Part shown: piece by piece, positions 15,751 to 25,574 of the stretch
Numbering within the stretch: the first letter of the stretch is position 1
Layout: every line of letters begins with the position of its first letter
Virus record (IMG/VR): IMGVR_UViG_3300049846_000628
Span: 62,001 to 126,000 of that record
DNA length: 64,000 bases
Reading direction: 5' to 3' (one strand)
Position numbers and translations under genes: made by a program
The notes under the pieces: model-generated
Told to the model about the DNA's origin: nothing
Seen by the model: the letters and a program-made list of their open reading frames with translations, nothing else
The model's database searches: none

Positions 15751-17466
15751 TTATGGGGATATCATACGGGAGAAACCCTTGACCTTCTCAAAGCGTAGGA
15801 CACTTTCAAATTTGTCATGCAAGTCTGCCTTATGAGAAATCACGAAGATATTAGCATCCTTGATGACGTAACGAATGATTTTCAGAAACTCATCAGTTCC
15901 AAAACCATCAAGTGAAGAATCAAATACCTCATCCATAATCAGCAGATTAGTATTGACGGAGTTTTTGACTCTGGCGACTTCTCTCCAAGTAAAGAGAAGG
16001 GAAAGGTCAATTCTCATTTTTTCACCCTCACTGAAGGAGCTATAAGAAAAGTCTTCGTGAATGGGTGATTTTACCGTTTCGTTGAATTCTTCATCCAGAT
16101 GGAAATTAATATAAAAGTCCATCATCTGAAGATAACGATTCACCTGCTGATTTATGAACGGAAGATACTTCTTAATGATCTTCGTTTTTACACCATCGTC
16201 CTTGAGTAAGGAATAGGCAAAATCGTAATAAACGATTTCTTCTTTTTTCTTTGAAAGGTCTTCGAATGTTTTTTGGAGATTATCCCGAAATTCTTCTAGC
16301 TTTTCATGTTCAGTATTTCGGTTTTCAAGTTGATTGGTAATTGTTTGAATTTCAGTTTCAAGATCTCGGATTTGTCGCTGGTTAAGTGATATCCGAGTAT
16401 TGTTTTGAGAAATCTCATGGTTGAGTTTCGTAATCTCCTTGGAAAGAACGGTAAATTGACGCTCTCGTTCTTGTTCTAACTTTATAGTCTCCTCAAGTTC
16501 TTGAAAACCTTTCTGGAGTTCCTTTGCTTTATTTTGAGCGTCCGTAATTCTATTTAACCGAAATTCTTCCTCAATAGTCTGAGTACAAGTAGGGCATACC
16601 GTATTTTCAGTGAAAAACTTATGTTCTTTGGTAATAGCAGATACTTTCTGAGAAATTTTACCTTTAAGATTGTTAAGCTTTACTAACTTATCTCCAGCAC
16701 CAACAACCTCTTCTTGCTCTTTGGTGTACTTGAAAACATTTTCCCCAATCTTGGCATTCTCAGTCAGATAAATGCCAACTTCATTGTCCAAGTTGGTAAT
16801 TTTTTCTTTGTTGGCGTTTATATTGGCATTTCCACGATTCTCAAGTTCTTCAATGAAGTTTTGCTGCATCTTCATTTTTTCTTTCAGGTTCTCTTTACGC
16901 AACTCAAGAGACTTGACCTGATCTTTTTGAGTACGAATCTTATCTTTAATGAGATTATTCATTGCAGAAAAGATACGAATATCCAGAAGATCTTCAATCA
17001 CTTCACGACGATGTGCTGTCGGTAGTTGCATAAAAGGAACAAAAGTACTGCTACCCAGAATTACAATCTGAGTAAAAGACTTGTAGTTTACTTTGAGAAT
17101 ATTCTCCTCTAAAATTCTCTGATTTGCACGATCATCTGCTTCCTTGTGAAGTGATTGTCCGTTTACTTCAATATCAAATACGTTTGGTTTGATTCCGCGA
17201 CGAACAAGATAATCACGACTATTTACAGAAAACTCAATCTCAACCAAACAGTCTCTCTCATTGGTGGTATTCACCAATTGAGGTTTATTGATCTTACGAA
17301 ATGGCTTATTGAATAAAACAAATGTGAGAGCATCCAACATCGTGCTCTTACCTGCACCATTTGTTCCAATAATCAAATTTGTATGATGTTTTTCAAAGTC
17401 AATCTCTGTGAATTGATTCCCAGATGAAAGAAAGTTCTTGTATCTAATCTTGTGAAATAGCAACAT
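15751..17466 (-). CDS. gp46: Recombination endonuclease subunit (SbcC/Rad50-like)
   Basis: Walker A GTNGAGKS, CPTC zinc hook, signature FSEGEK and Walker B LLIMDEVFD. Confidence 0.97.
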   Translation of the reverse strand: MLLFHKIRYKNFLSSGNQFTEIDFEKHHTNLIIGTNGAGKSTMLDALTFVLFNKPFRKINKPQLVNTTNERDCLVEIEFSVNSRDYLVRRGIKPNVFDIEVNGQSLHKEADDRANQRILEENILKVNYKSFTQIVILGSSTFVPFMQLPTAHRREVIEDLLDIRIFSAMNNLIKDKIRTQKDQVKSLELRKENLKEKMKMQQNFIEELENRGNANINANKEKITNLDNEVGIYLTENAKIGENVFKYTKEQEEVVGAGDKLVKLNNLKGKISQKVSAITKEHKFFTENTVCPTCTQTIEEEFRLNRITDAQNKAKELQKGFQELEETIKLEQERERQFTVLSKEITKLNHEISQNNTRISLNQRQIRDLETEIQTITNQLENRNTEHEKLEEFRDNLQKTFEDLSKKKEEIVYYDFAYSLLKDDGVKTKIIKKYLPFINQQVNRYLQMMDFYINFHLDEEFNETVKSPIHEDFSYSSFSEGEKMRIDLSLLFTWREVARVKNSVNTNLLIMDEVFDSSLDGFGTDEFLKIIRYVIKDANIFVISHKADLHDKFESVLRFEKVKGFSRMISP

Positions 17467-17719
17467 TTTTAGGAGGAATTACGATATCGTCAGGAGTGAT
17501 CACAGCATACTTGTAATTATACAGCTTACAAGTCTTTATAGCAAGGTCGTCGTCAACTTCAACAACATCCATTTCTTGATCTTCTTGATCTTCTAACATC
17601 AAAGCATAACGGGTGGCGTCATCCTCATCCTCAAACAGAAATAAAACTTTATGCCCATATTGATCTTGAACGGCATATGCACCATCGTCTTTTCTATCTT
17701 TGAGAGTAAGGAGAAACAT
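17444..17719 (-). CDS. Hypothetical protein between gp47 and gp46
   Basis: 91 aa acidic ORF coupled to both neighbours. Confidence 0.75.
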   Translation of the reverse strand: MFLLTLKDRKDDGAYAVQDQYGHKVLFLFEDEDDATRYALMLEDQEDQEMDVVEVDDDLAIKTCKLYNYKYAVITPDDIVIPPKNVAISQD

Positions 17720-17720
17720 T

Positions 17721-18755
17721 TTATTCTACCTCGCAAGCTTGTCGATAAAGATCTTGAAAAATGCCTTTGATAATATTTTTATCAAATTCAAATTCTGCTT
17801 CGTCAATGTAACGATTTAGAATAGACATTGTATTTTCTTCTTCATCAACCTCAAAATCTTCGTTCTCTTGAATATCAAAGTTCTCTACGATTTTGAGATC
17901 TTGGATTCCTGCCGTATAAAGTTTATCAATAAACTTTTCAAAATCTTTTGGTTTAGACTTTTTACGGACAATGACTTTCACAATCTTGTTTTCATACTCC
18001 GTCGTATCAAACAATTGATAGGGAGTATCCTCATAGTAAACGTTATAGAATAATTTATAAGGATTATTGATTGGAGTGTGCTCTAATGTTTCGGTATCAA
18101 AAATATGAAATCCCCGAGTATCATTTACATCAGTCCAATACATCTCATAAGGATTGCCTAGATAGAAGACTTTTCCGTTGTTCGATCGAGTGTGATAGTG
18201 TCCCGAGTAGACTCGTTCGAACTTCTCAAATAGTTTGCTTTCCAAACCGTGCTCCATAATGAGTTGTCGATTAACTCTAAATCCTTGGAGTTCAAGGTGC
18301 CCCATCGCACACTTGCTAGTAGTCTTTTCAATAAGTTTGAGAGTTTTTGCTTCATTTTCTTGATTAATCCAAGGTAAAAATAAAATTTTCAATCCACCAA
18401 TATTAACTTCTGTCGGATCACTATAAGTGCTTATATTAGAATAAGTTTGAAGAATAAGTTCTGGTGAGTTTACACTATTGGTATTCTTGTAATAAGTATC
18501 GTGATTTCCAATAATCATATGGACATCATACTTTTTGAGTGGATCAAATACAACTCTTTTTGACCACTCAAGACTTTGATAATCAATTGACTTGCGACTA
18601 TCAAAAGCATCACCCATATGAATGACTGCCTCTACATTGTTCTCTTCAAGGGCAGGAAAAAATACATTCTTGTAAAAGAGTTCAAAATAATCGTGAAGAT
18701 GCTTAGAACCTTTTTTCGCGCCAAAATGGGTGTCCGTGATTAAGCCGATACGCAT
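17721..18755 (-). CDS. gp47: Recombination endonuclease subunit (SbcD/Mre11-like)
   Basis: Metallophosphoesterase motifs TDTHFG, HMGDAFD, IGNHD and SGHYH. Confidence 0.97.
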   Translation of the reverse strand: MRIGLITDTHFGAKKGSKHLHDYFELFYKNVFFPALEENNVEAVIHMGDAFDSRKSIDYQSLEWSKRVVFDPLKKYDVHMIIGNHDTYYKNTNSVNSPELILQTYSNISTYSDPTEVNIGGLKILFLPWINQENEAKTLKLIEKTTSKCAMGHLELQGFRVNRQLIMEHGLESKLFEKFERVYSGHYHTRSNNGKVFYLGNPYEMYWTDVNDTRGFHIFDTETLEHTPINNPYKLFYNVYYEDTPYQLFDTTEYENKIVKVIVRKKSKPKDFEKFIDKLYTAGIQDLKIVENFDIQENEDFEVDEEENTMSILNRYIDEAEFEFDKNIIKGIFQDLYRQACEVE

Positions 18756-18763
18756 AATAAGTC

Positions 18764-19345
18764 TTAACTAGATTTCAAGTATAGCACGGCAGACTCAAGA
18801 AAGTCAATGTTATCAAAAAACATTCCCAAACCAATATTACAATTTTTACACAATAATCCTCTAACTTTTCCAGTTTCGTGGTTATGGTCTACTGCTAGAC
18901 TTTTTCCAGTAGAGCATTCACTATTACATATTTTACATTTTTTATTTTGGTCTTCTAATAAAAAATTATAATCTTCTAAAGTGATACCATAATTTGTTTG
19001 TAGATAAGTATCTTTTACATTTTCCTTATTGTTATGATAGTATTCTTTACATTTTTGTCTGGCAATATCATTTTTATATTGGTTTTGATATTTTTCAGGA
19101 TTTTCTTCTCTCCATATATCCAATCTTTTTTTGGATTTCTCTTTTGTCCTATAAGGTTTCATCAACTCTTCATTATTGAGTTTTTCTAGACCTTTCTTTT
19201 TTAAACAGGGGGCACAACTGGAAATAGAAACATACTTTTCATAACTACCACAATGTTTACAAGCAGTAGAACCAATATAAGTTTTTTTACCCTCTTCTAT
19301 TGCTTTTAATCTATTTTCCCTACCCTTACTATATTGGTTAGGCAT
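18764..19345 (-). mobile_element. Endonuclease VII-family His-Me nuclease, probably a free-standing homing endonuclease
   Basis: N-terminal CKHC...CAPC zinc finger; YGITLEDY...CKIC...LAVDHNHETGKVRGLLCKNCNIGLG; AT-rich; inserted between gp55 and gp47. Confidence 0.82.
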
Positions 19346-19390
19346 AGTGCTCCGTAATGTTATAATTATTTATACACTATGGAGCATTAC
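19343..19390 (-). promoter_or_regulatory. RBS-sequestering hairpin with TATAAATA (19374-19367) at its apex
   Basis: Minus strand GTAATGCTCC-atagtg-TATAAATA-attataacattac-GGAGCACT-ATG; TGCTCC pairs with GGAGCA. Confidence 0.8.
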
Positions 19391-19860
19391 TTATTACGAT
19401 ACTGAATAGCGTCTTTGATACTATTATACTCCGAACTGTGCCCAGAAAGCAAGCTATCGTCAACCATCATCACCTCATCAAATCCAGTGCGTTCGATAAT
19501 CTTTGTCTTAATATCCAATTGTTTCTTTTCCTTTTGGATTCTCCTCAGAAATGCGTAGTGAATAATCTGAGTAAAATAAGCAAAAGGATTCTTGGATTTC
19601 TCTGGATCAAAGTTATGAATATATTGAACACAATTTTCAATTCCGTCAGAGATCATATCCTCACGGAACATATAGTTCACAAAGTTTGGTTTATATGATA
19701 AATGAGTCGCAATCTTTAGAAAACACTCACCCAAGTAATTTGTAATACGGGGTTTAGGAAGACCTGCCTCTTTAGCAGCAGCAACCTTAGTTCTGTATAC
19801 TATAAGTGCTTCTAATAATTCTTTGTTGTTTACATAATGTTCTGTTTTCTTCTTGGGCAT
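19387..19860 (-). CDS. gp55: Late-transcription sigma factor
   Basis: HYVNNKELL, YKPNFVNYMFREDMISDGIENC and NPFAYFTQIIHYAFLRRIQKEKKQ. Confidence 0.97.
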   Translation of the reverse strand: MPKKKTEHYVNNKELLEALIVYRTKVAAAKEAGLPKPRITNYLGECFLKIATHLSYKPNFVNYMFREDMISDGIENCVQYIHNFDPEKSKNPFAYFTQIIHYAFLRRIQKEKKQLDIKTKIIERTGFDEVMMVDDSLLSGHSSEYNSIKDAIQYRNK

Positions 19861-19892
19861 AACATTGGACTCATTTAATATAACGTATGGTT

Positions 19893-19921
19893 ATTATACC
19901 ATACTATAGGGGGCTTGACAA
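19893..19921 (-). promoter_or_regulatory. Sigma70-type promoter for gp55, TTGTCA-N17-TATAAT
   Basis: -35 at 19921-19916, 17-nt spacer, -10 at 19898-19893. Confidence 0.75.
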
Positions 19922-19943
19922 GATATAAAAATGTGTGTAGACT
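19915..19943 (+). promoter_or_regulatory. Divergent (antisense) sigma70-type promoter, TTGACA-N17-TAGACT
   Basis: -35 at 19915-19920, exact 17-nt spacer, -10 at 19938-19943; points into minus-strand genes. Confidence 0.55.
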
Positions 19944-19970
19944 AGGTTTGTCTCCATTGAAGATGAGAAT

Positions 19971-20378
19971 CTATCTTTCTTTAAGACCTTTAAAGATCCT
20001 TTCAAGTTTCTTGCGAGCATCTTCCACAGAAGAGATGTAACCCATCTTTTGAGATAGTTTAATCTTACCAGAAGAATTGTAAACATCAATTCCATCATCT
20101 TCTGAGATGTAATCATCATAGATTTGAATTAACTTCTTATCTTTAGTTTCAGTCATAGTGATTACTTTATCAAGACGAATCATAAAGAAATCATCAGAAG
20201 ACATTTCTATCCAAGGTTTAACCTTAATATGCATTCCTTGTTGATTATGAAAAGCTTTCATAGTTACAGGATTTTGGAGAACAATGATTGGATCTCCATC
20301 ATTCTCATCAATCATTACAAGAGAGAGTATTTCTTCTCCTGATATAAGTTTTATAATAGCGTAAAACTCTTCTCCCAT
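19971..20378 (-). CDS. Hypothetical protein, probable Sm-like fold
   Basis: YAIIKLISGEEI...LQNP...VKPW...IRLDKVITMTE, the same pattern as 3223-3477 and 3440-3772. Confidence 0.8.
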   Translation of the reverse strand: MGEEFYAIIKLISGEEILSLVMIDENDGDPIIVLQNPVTMKAFHNQQGMHIKVKPWIEMSSDDFFMIRLDKVITMTETKDKKLIQIYDDYISEDDGIDVYNSSGKIKLSQKMGYISSVEDARKKLERIFKGLKER

Positions 20379-21841
20379 TAGTTTTTAAAAGGTATATTTA
20401 CAATATCATAATTAAAGTTTTCTTCGTTATAAACTTTGATTCTTTCGATTAAGTGATTAAGTGTATAATTTTTTCTTGACTTATAACTGATATCATCGGC
20501 AATATCATATAAAGTTGCTTTAGTTTTATTATCTCCTTTTCTCAGAACTCTTCCGATTGATTGTAGATTTCGGATTCTTGATTTACTAGGAGAAGCAAAG
20601 ATAACATTGTGTAAGTTTTTAATATTGATTCCAGTAGAAAAAGTTCCGTAAGAAGCAACGATGATTGCGTTATTTTCTTTTTCAGTAATTTCTCTGACTT
20701 TTTCTCTATCTTCTGTATCGATACCACCGTGAACAAAGAAGATGTGACGATCTTCATTGGTACTCTTATTTATGAGATCATACAAAGGTTGACCGTGACC
20801 TTCTACTCTAGAAAATAGAATTAGAGTATTACCTTTAAGATCTAAGGCAAGGTTCTTAATGAACTTGTTTCTTTTTTCGTGATTGATAATATATTGAACT
20901 TCATCTTCAAAAGTCTCAAACTTATTCGGTGGGTGTTTCAATAGAAGTATATTGATGTCCAGTTTAGCTACGTGACCTTTTTTCATCAATTCTTCAGTTT
21001 TAATAATCTTATAAGAAGGACCAAATAAACCTTCTAGAACCCACTTATGTGTTTGTGTACCGTCTAATGTTCCTGTAAAACCGTAACGATATTTTGCATC
21101 AGAAAGTTTAGTCATTATAGATACTAATGACTTTGATTTAAACTGGTGTGCTTCATCTCCAACGACCACATTAAATCTTGAAAAGTATTGACGGGGAAGT
21201 TTGTAGATGGACTGCCAGGTTGTAATGATCACCTGAGAGTCTGTTTCTCTTTCTTTACCTGCGTATATCTTGTGGCAATATGAACCCACATCCCACCCAT
21301 AATCTGCAAAGTCTTTATACATCTGCTCTACAAGGGATGTCGTCGGAACGACTATCAGAGTATTTTGTCCTTTCTCAACGTAATATCTCACAATCGAATA
21401 TATCATCAACGACTTTCCAGAAGCAGTTGGAGATATCAACAACTTTCGATTATGTCGTAAAGCGTCGTATACTCCCTCAACTTGGTACTCGCGGGGAGCA
21501 TACTTGCAAATAGAAGTCATATAATCTTTGACTCCCTCTTTTGAAATCATTTCGTTGATTTCAAAGGGAAGACCATAGAATTTATTATTTGTAAACTCAT
21601 AAGTATACTCGTGATTTTCACAGAAACGAGTAATCTTATCTAACAAACCAACGTAGATCTCACCAGTTTGTGTATTAAATAGACGAATTTTTCCGTCCCA
21701 GTGTCTGTTGCGAAACTGGGGCATAAATTTTGCGCCAGGAACGTCAAATGTGAACTGATCCGCAAGTTCATAATAGACGTGAGGCTCTGCCTTTACCTGC
21801 AAATATACTTCATTCTTTTTTGATATCACCAGATGAGACAT
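20378..21841 (-). CDS. uvsW: SF2 RNA-DNA/DNA-DNA helicase UvsW
   Basis: SPTASGKS, GDEAH, FTGT and QSIGRVLR. Confidence 0.97.
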   Translation of the reverse strand: MSHLVISKKNEVYLQVKAEPHVYYELADQFTFDVPGAKFMPQFRNRHWDGKIRLFNTQTGEIYVGLLDKITRFCENHEYTYEFTNNKFYGLPFEINEMISKEGVKDYMTSICKYAPREYQVEGVYDALRHNRKLLISPTASGKSLMIYSIVRYYVEKGQNTLIVVPTTSLVEQMYKDFADYGWDVGSYCHKIYAGKERETDSQVIITTWQSIYKLPRQYFSRFNVVVGDEAHQFKSKSLVSIMTKLSDAKYRYGFTGTLDGTQTHKWVLEGLFGPSYKIIKTEELMKKGHVAKLDINILLLKHPPNKFETFEDEVQYIINHEKRNKFIKNLALDLKGNTLILFSRVEGHGQPLYDLINKSTNEDRHIFFVHGGIDTEDREKVREITEKENNAIIVASYGTFSTGINIKNLHNVIFASPSKSRIRNLQSIGRVLRKGDNKTKATLYDIADDISYKSRKNYTLNHLIERIKVYNEENFNYDIVNIPFKN

Positions 21842-21870
21842 ATACCCATAATGTATCTATGGGTATTTAT
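21842..21870 (-). promoter_or_regulatory. Late promoter ATAAATA overlapping a 9-bp hairpin abutting the uvsW start codon
   Basis: ATACCCATA (21842-21850) / TATGGGTAT (21858-21866) is a perfect inverted repeat; ATAAATA at 21870-21864. Confidence 0.65.
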
Positions 21871-21874
21871 TCTC

Positions 21875-22306
21875 TTAATTAAATCCTGCCTGGAAACGAT
21901 GCCACTCAATAGCATTCTTGATTTGGTAGGTTCTATTGGAGATAGTCTTAATAACTTCTTCAAGGAACTTAAGCATAATGTCGTAGTAGCGAATCTTGAG
22001 ATCAAGTTTATTCAACCTCTCATCAGCGTCCATATGCCTCTGTAACGCTTCTTTGTCTCTAACTTTATACGGAAATGGTTCTTCTTCGTAGACCTCTATT
22101 GGTGCCTTTCCTGTGTAGTAGTTGTGGCGCTCTAATTTTGTTTTGTTGTATGCTTCTCTAGCCTTTTCTCTCAGTAGCGTAATAGTATTGTAGATTGTAT
22201 AATACTTTGCGTGAAGTTGAGGAATTTTTAAAGATTCATCGTGTAAATTATCAGGATCTATAACAGAATCTCTCTGCCACATCTCCTGGATTTCATCAAG
22301 ATTCAT
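21875..22306 (-). CDS. uvsY: Recombination mediator UvsY
   Basis: IPQLHAKY, YYTGKA and RTYQIKNAIEW; directly upstream of uvsW. Confidence 0.92.
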   Translation of the reverse strand: MNLDEIQEMWQRDSVIDPDNLHDESLKIPQLHAKYYTIYNTITLLREKAREAYNKTKLERHNYYTGKAPIEVYEEEPFPYKVRDKEALQRHMDADERLNKLDLKIRYYDIMLKFLEEVIKTISNRTYQIKNAIEWHRFQAGFN

Positions 22307-22848
22307 AAGGGTTTGTTGTTCGTGTCTAAGACATTATAGACAGTATACTTGAAAGCAACGTCTGCTGTAAAGTATTGAACGTCAGTTTGTGTGGAATCAA
22401 ATTCCAATGACGACAGTGATACTGGAAATAAGTCTTTAAATTTTACAATCGCACTGGTATTGTAACTGCTGTTGAGAACATATAGACTTCCATCACTAAA
22501 TGCTTCTTTCGGATCAAGAATACCATCCCTGTCTGTGATCAGATCTTTATATTGCTGTGTTGTTTCTGGAAACCCAAGACCAGTCAACCAATTATGAATC
22601 GCCATATAATTTTCCATATTCTCATCAACAATGAATCTGAGAATTAAATCCCCATATTGCAACTTACCACCAGGAACATCAAGATCCTTGAGATAGGTTG
22701 GTTGTTGCAAAATGGAAAGAGTAATTTCTGGGATTCTTGCTGAATTACAAAAAAATGGAACAGTTGGTTCTTTTGCTAAGGTAAACTTAAATCCAACTGG
22801 AGATAAAAAATTTCTATTCGTAATTTGATTTGGAAAATTACAAGCCAT
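22303..22848 (-). CDS. gp3: Tail tube terminator / tail completion protein
   Basis: NFLSPVGFKF, YGDLILRFIVDENMENY and FKDLFPVSLS (gp19-like fold); position after gp23. Confidence 0.85.
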   Translation of the reverse strand: MACNFPNQITNRNFLSPVGFKFTLAKEPTVPFFCNSARIPEITLSILQQPTYLKDLDVPGGKLQYGDLILRFIVDENMENYMAIHNWLTGLGFPETTQQYKDLITDRDGILDPKEAFSDGSLYVLNSSYNTSAIVKFKDLFPVSLSSLEFDSTQTDVQYFTADVAFKYTVYNVLDTNNKPL

Positions 22849-22858
22849 TTTTTATTTG

Positions 22859-22865
22859 TATTTAG
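22859..22865 (-). promoter_or_regulatory. Late promoter variant CTAAATA
   Basis: Between the gp23 terminator and the gp3 start. Confidence 0.55.
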
Positions 22866-22867
22866 AT

Positions 22868-22894
22868 AAAAAAAGAGGGTCCGAAGACCCTCTT
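22868..22894 (-). terminator. Intrinsic terminator of the gp23 transcript (cUUCGg loop)
   Basis: AAGAGGGTC-TTCG-GACCCTCTT-TTTTT on the minus strand. Confidence 0.9.
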
Positions 22895-22913
22895 GAAGAA
22901 GTTGTGAATTAAA

Positions 22914-24317
22914 TCACATCAGGTTAGCAACCTTAACTCTTCTGTAGTAGTTGTTTGCGTTGGTGGTCAGAGCACCAGCGCCAACATCAAGACCCTGTGC
23001 GAATGGGTTTGCAACCATTCCATAACGGGTCTTAAAGCCGATCTTAGGCTGGAAGGTATTCTCGCCAACGGCACGTACCATCTGCAGAGGTACATATGGG
23101 CAATAGAACAGACCAGCATCATATGGGCTAGAACCCTTATAACCGACAACGTAGAACTGGTTAGCAGATACGTTTGCCGAATATGGGTCAATGTATACGC
23201 GATACTTACCTTGGAGAACACCAGCGAAGGTGTTGCCGGTATCATCAACGTTCAGGTTAGCATTGAGTGCAGGGGTGTAATCGAGAACACCAGCCATTGC
23301 AAGTGCCGAAGCAACGTCAGCAGAGCAAAGGATAGTGTTACCCTTTCCTCTACGAGTTTGCTGAGCGATTGCGTTTGCATCACGCTCGATCTGGAAGATC
23401 AGACCCTTGAACTTCTCAACCGACCAACGACCGTTGGAGTCAACGTCGAGGTCAAAAGTACCAGCGGTAGCGGTGTTAACTTGAGCACCAGGCTTAGCAA
23501 CCTTGTAGATGGTGCGGATAACTTCGCGGTTGATTTCAGCAAGAATCTCAGTGCTGAGGATGTTAGCAAGCTCAGCTTCTGCATTCAGACCGTGAATTGC
23601 CTTCAGGTCTTGTGCGAGTTCTAAGCTGTACTCAGCCTTGAGTGCGCGTGACTTAGCAGTTACGGTGACCTTCTCGATCGAGAAAGCCATCTGGTTGAAC
23701 TGCTCCGATTCGCCAAGTGATTCAGCTTCATCGGTTCTCATTCCCTGACCAACGTTGTACTGGTTAACACCAGGAGCAGCGTTGTTTGCTTGGTTAGAAC
23801 CATCAAGGATTGCTGGGTTGAGTCCCTGTTGGGAGGTAGTACCCATACCAACGTTACCACCGGTCCAACCGTTGGTATTGTTGAATCCGCTGTCCTGACC
23901 AGAGAATGCAGAATCTGCTTCGTTGTAGAAGGCTTCGTTTCCAGCCTGGCTGGTGTAGCGTGAACGCATTGCGAAGATCAGTCCAGTAGGACCGTTCATT
24001 GGCTGAACGCCACAGAGATCGTAAGCGATCAGGTTAGGCATCGAACGACGGATCAGTGAGATCAGTACGGGATCGAAACCTTGCATAGCGCCAGTGCTTG
24101 CAGCACTGAAACCAGTACCAGTACCAGTGCTGGTGCCGGTGCTATTGGTTGGAGATTCGTAAAGGAACTCACGCTCTTCACGAATGGTTCTTTCTTGGTT
24201 TTCGAGCAGGATTGCGGTTACAGCTCTACGATGTGAATCTTTGATTGGATCAAGACCTTCGTAGTCGAGGAGCGGTGCCCACTTCTCCTGCAATTGCTCG
24301 GTATTGAACATTTGCAT
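22914..24317 (-). CDS. gp23: Major capsid protein
   Basis: KWAPLLD, CGVQPMNGPTGLIFAMRS, KSRALKAEYSLELAQDL and FQPKIGFKTRYG. Confidence 0.99.
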   Translation of the reverse strand: MQMFNTEQLQEKWAPLLDYEGLDPIKDSHRRAVTAILLENQERTIREEREFLYESPTNSTGTSTGTGTGFSAASTGAMQGFDPVLISLIRRSMPNLIAYDLCGVQPMNGPTGLIFAMRSRYTSQAGNEAFYNEADSAFSGQDSGFNNTNGWTGGNVGMGTTSQQGLNPAILDGSNQANNAAPGVNQYNVGQGMRTDEAESLGESEQFNQMAFSIEKVTVTAKSRALKAEYSLELAQDLKAIHGLNAEAELANILSTEILAEINREVIRTIYKVAKPGAQVNTATAGTFDLDVDSNGRWSVEKFKGLIFQIERDANAIAQQTRRGKGNTILCSADVASALAMAGVLDYTPALNANLNVDDTGNTFAGVLQGKYRVYIDPYSANVSANQFYVVGYKGSSPYDAGLFYCPYVPLQMVRAVGENTFQPKIGFKTRYGMVANPFAQGLDVGAGALTTNANNYYRRVKVANLM

Positions 24318-24373
24318 TTGATTTTTACCTCTTTACTTTAGAAGTGTAAGTTTGATGTTTTATGATTTAAAAA

Positions 24374-25534
24374 TCACTTTTTAGAAACTCTTTGGAGAGT
24401 CTGAAGATAGGCACCCATTGTGCCTCCAACTTCCTGAGCATTGCTCAGATCGGTTGACTCAGACAGATTTTCACTAGCGTTTCTTTGAGTACCAGCAGTT
24501 CTAGTTGAGAAATAAGATTCTCTTAGAGTTACCAGTTTCTCACGATAGCTCTCTTCACTATCAAACTCAACATTTTCGGCAAGAGAAGCGAGTTTGTCCT
24601 TCTGAGAAAGTGCGAGACCCTCAGCGACTTCTGCAAAGATTACATCAGCAACCGACTCTGCTAATCTTCTATTCAGAGCAACATTTCTTTGAATTTGCTC
24701 GTTGAGTTTTTCTTCCATTTCATCAAGTTTATCTACCATACTCTCGATAACATCATATCTATCTTCAGGGATTGTTACATAATGATCTTCAAAAAGACTC
24801 TTCATTCCTTGGAGGAATGATTCGGTCATTTCAGTCTTAAGACCGTGCTCAACTGCAAGTGCATTCTCTTGAATCCACTCGTCAGCAACATACTCAAGGT
24901 ATGCATCAACACGATCGGTAAGATTTTCTTTAATTGCTTCGATCTCTTCTACGAGAGCAGCAGCATACGACTCTTCGAGTTGCTCTTTAATTTCACCAAC
25001 TCTAGACTTGATTGCTGCTTCGAAGATAGTGCGTGCTTTCTCTTGGAATTCCTCAGAAAGCTCTTCACCAGCGAGAAGAGCATTAACATCTTCATCGATG
25101 TTGAACTCTTCTTCCATTTTCTTCTTACCTTTTTTCTTACCACCCTCTTCCTCTTCCTCTTCAGCAGCCTCAGCGACTACTTCCTCATCTTCATCAAGTT
25201 CTTCCTCATCGACAAGATCCTCATCCTCTTCAGTCTCTTCCTTAACACCTTGTCCAGGAAGTGAAACTGGAGTTGCTGATGAGTGTGGTGCTTCTGCAGC
25301 AGCTGCTTTAGCATTAACCACGTTTCTTACTTGAGCAAGAGTAGCTCCAGGAGTTTTGAGAGCAGCCGAATCGTCGTCTGGACGATAGTTTTCTGGAGTA
25401 GGACCACCTAAATCTTCCCAACCACCGGTTTGACCTGGAGTAATAGCTCCAGTACCAGAATGCATTGGTTCGGCAGGTGCTGCCCCTTTGGTTACTACGT
25501 TTTCCATTTCTTGTAAATTTCTACCAACGGACAT
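24374..25534 (-). CDS. gp22: Prohead core scaffold protein
   Basis: Glu-rich; FQEKARTIFEAA and YLEYVADEW; between gp21 and gp23. Confidence 0.93.
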   Translation of the reverse strand: MSVGRNLQEMENVVTKGAAPAEPMHSGTGAITPGQTGGWEDLGGPTPENYRPDDDSAALKTPGATLAQVRNVVNAKAAAAEAPHSSATPVSLPGQGVKEETEEDEDLVDEEELDEDEEVVAEAAEEEEEEGGKKKGKKKMEEEFNIDEDVNALLAGEELSEEFQEKARTIFEAAIKSRVGEIKEQLEESYAAALVEEIEAIKENLTDRVDAYLEYVADEWIQENALAVEHGLKTEMTESFLQGMKSLFEDHYVTIPEDRYDVIESMVDKLDEMEEKLNEQIQRNVALNRRLAESVADVIFAEVAEGLALSQKDKLASLAENVEFDSEESYREKLVTLRESYFSTRTAGTQRNASENLSESTDLSNAQEVGGTMGAYLQTLQRVSKK

Positions 25535-25564
25535 TTGTTTAGATCTTTGTTTATAATCTATATT

Positions 25565-25572
25565 TATTTATA
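25565..25572 (-). promoter_or_regulatory. T4-type late promoter TATAAATA
   Basis: Exact consensus upstream of gp22. Confidence 0.75.
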
Positions 25573-25574
25573 AA

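Noticed and set aside
24845-25334. Ser-rich and Phe/Leu-rich + strand ORFs
   Set aside because: They are the reverse complement of the GAA/GAG-rich acidic tract in gp22.
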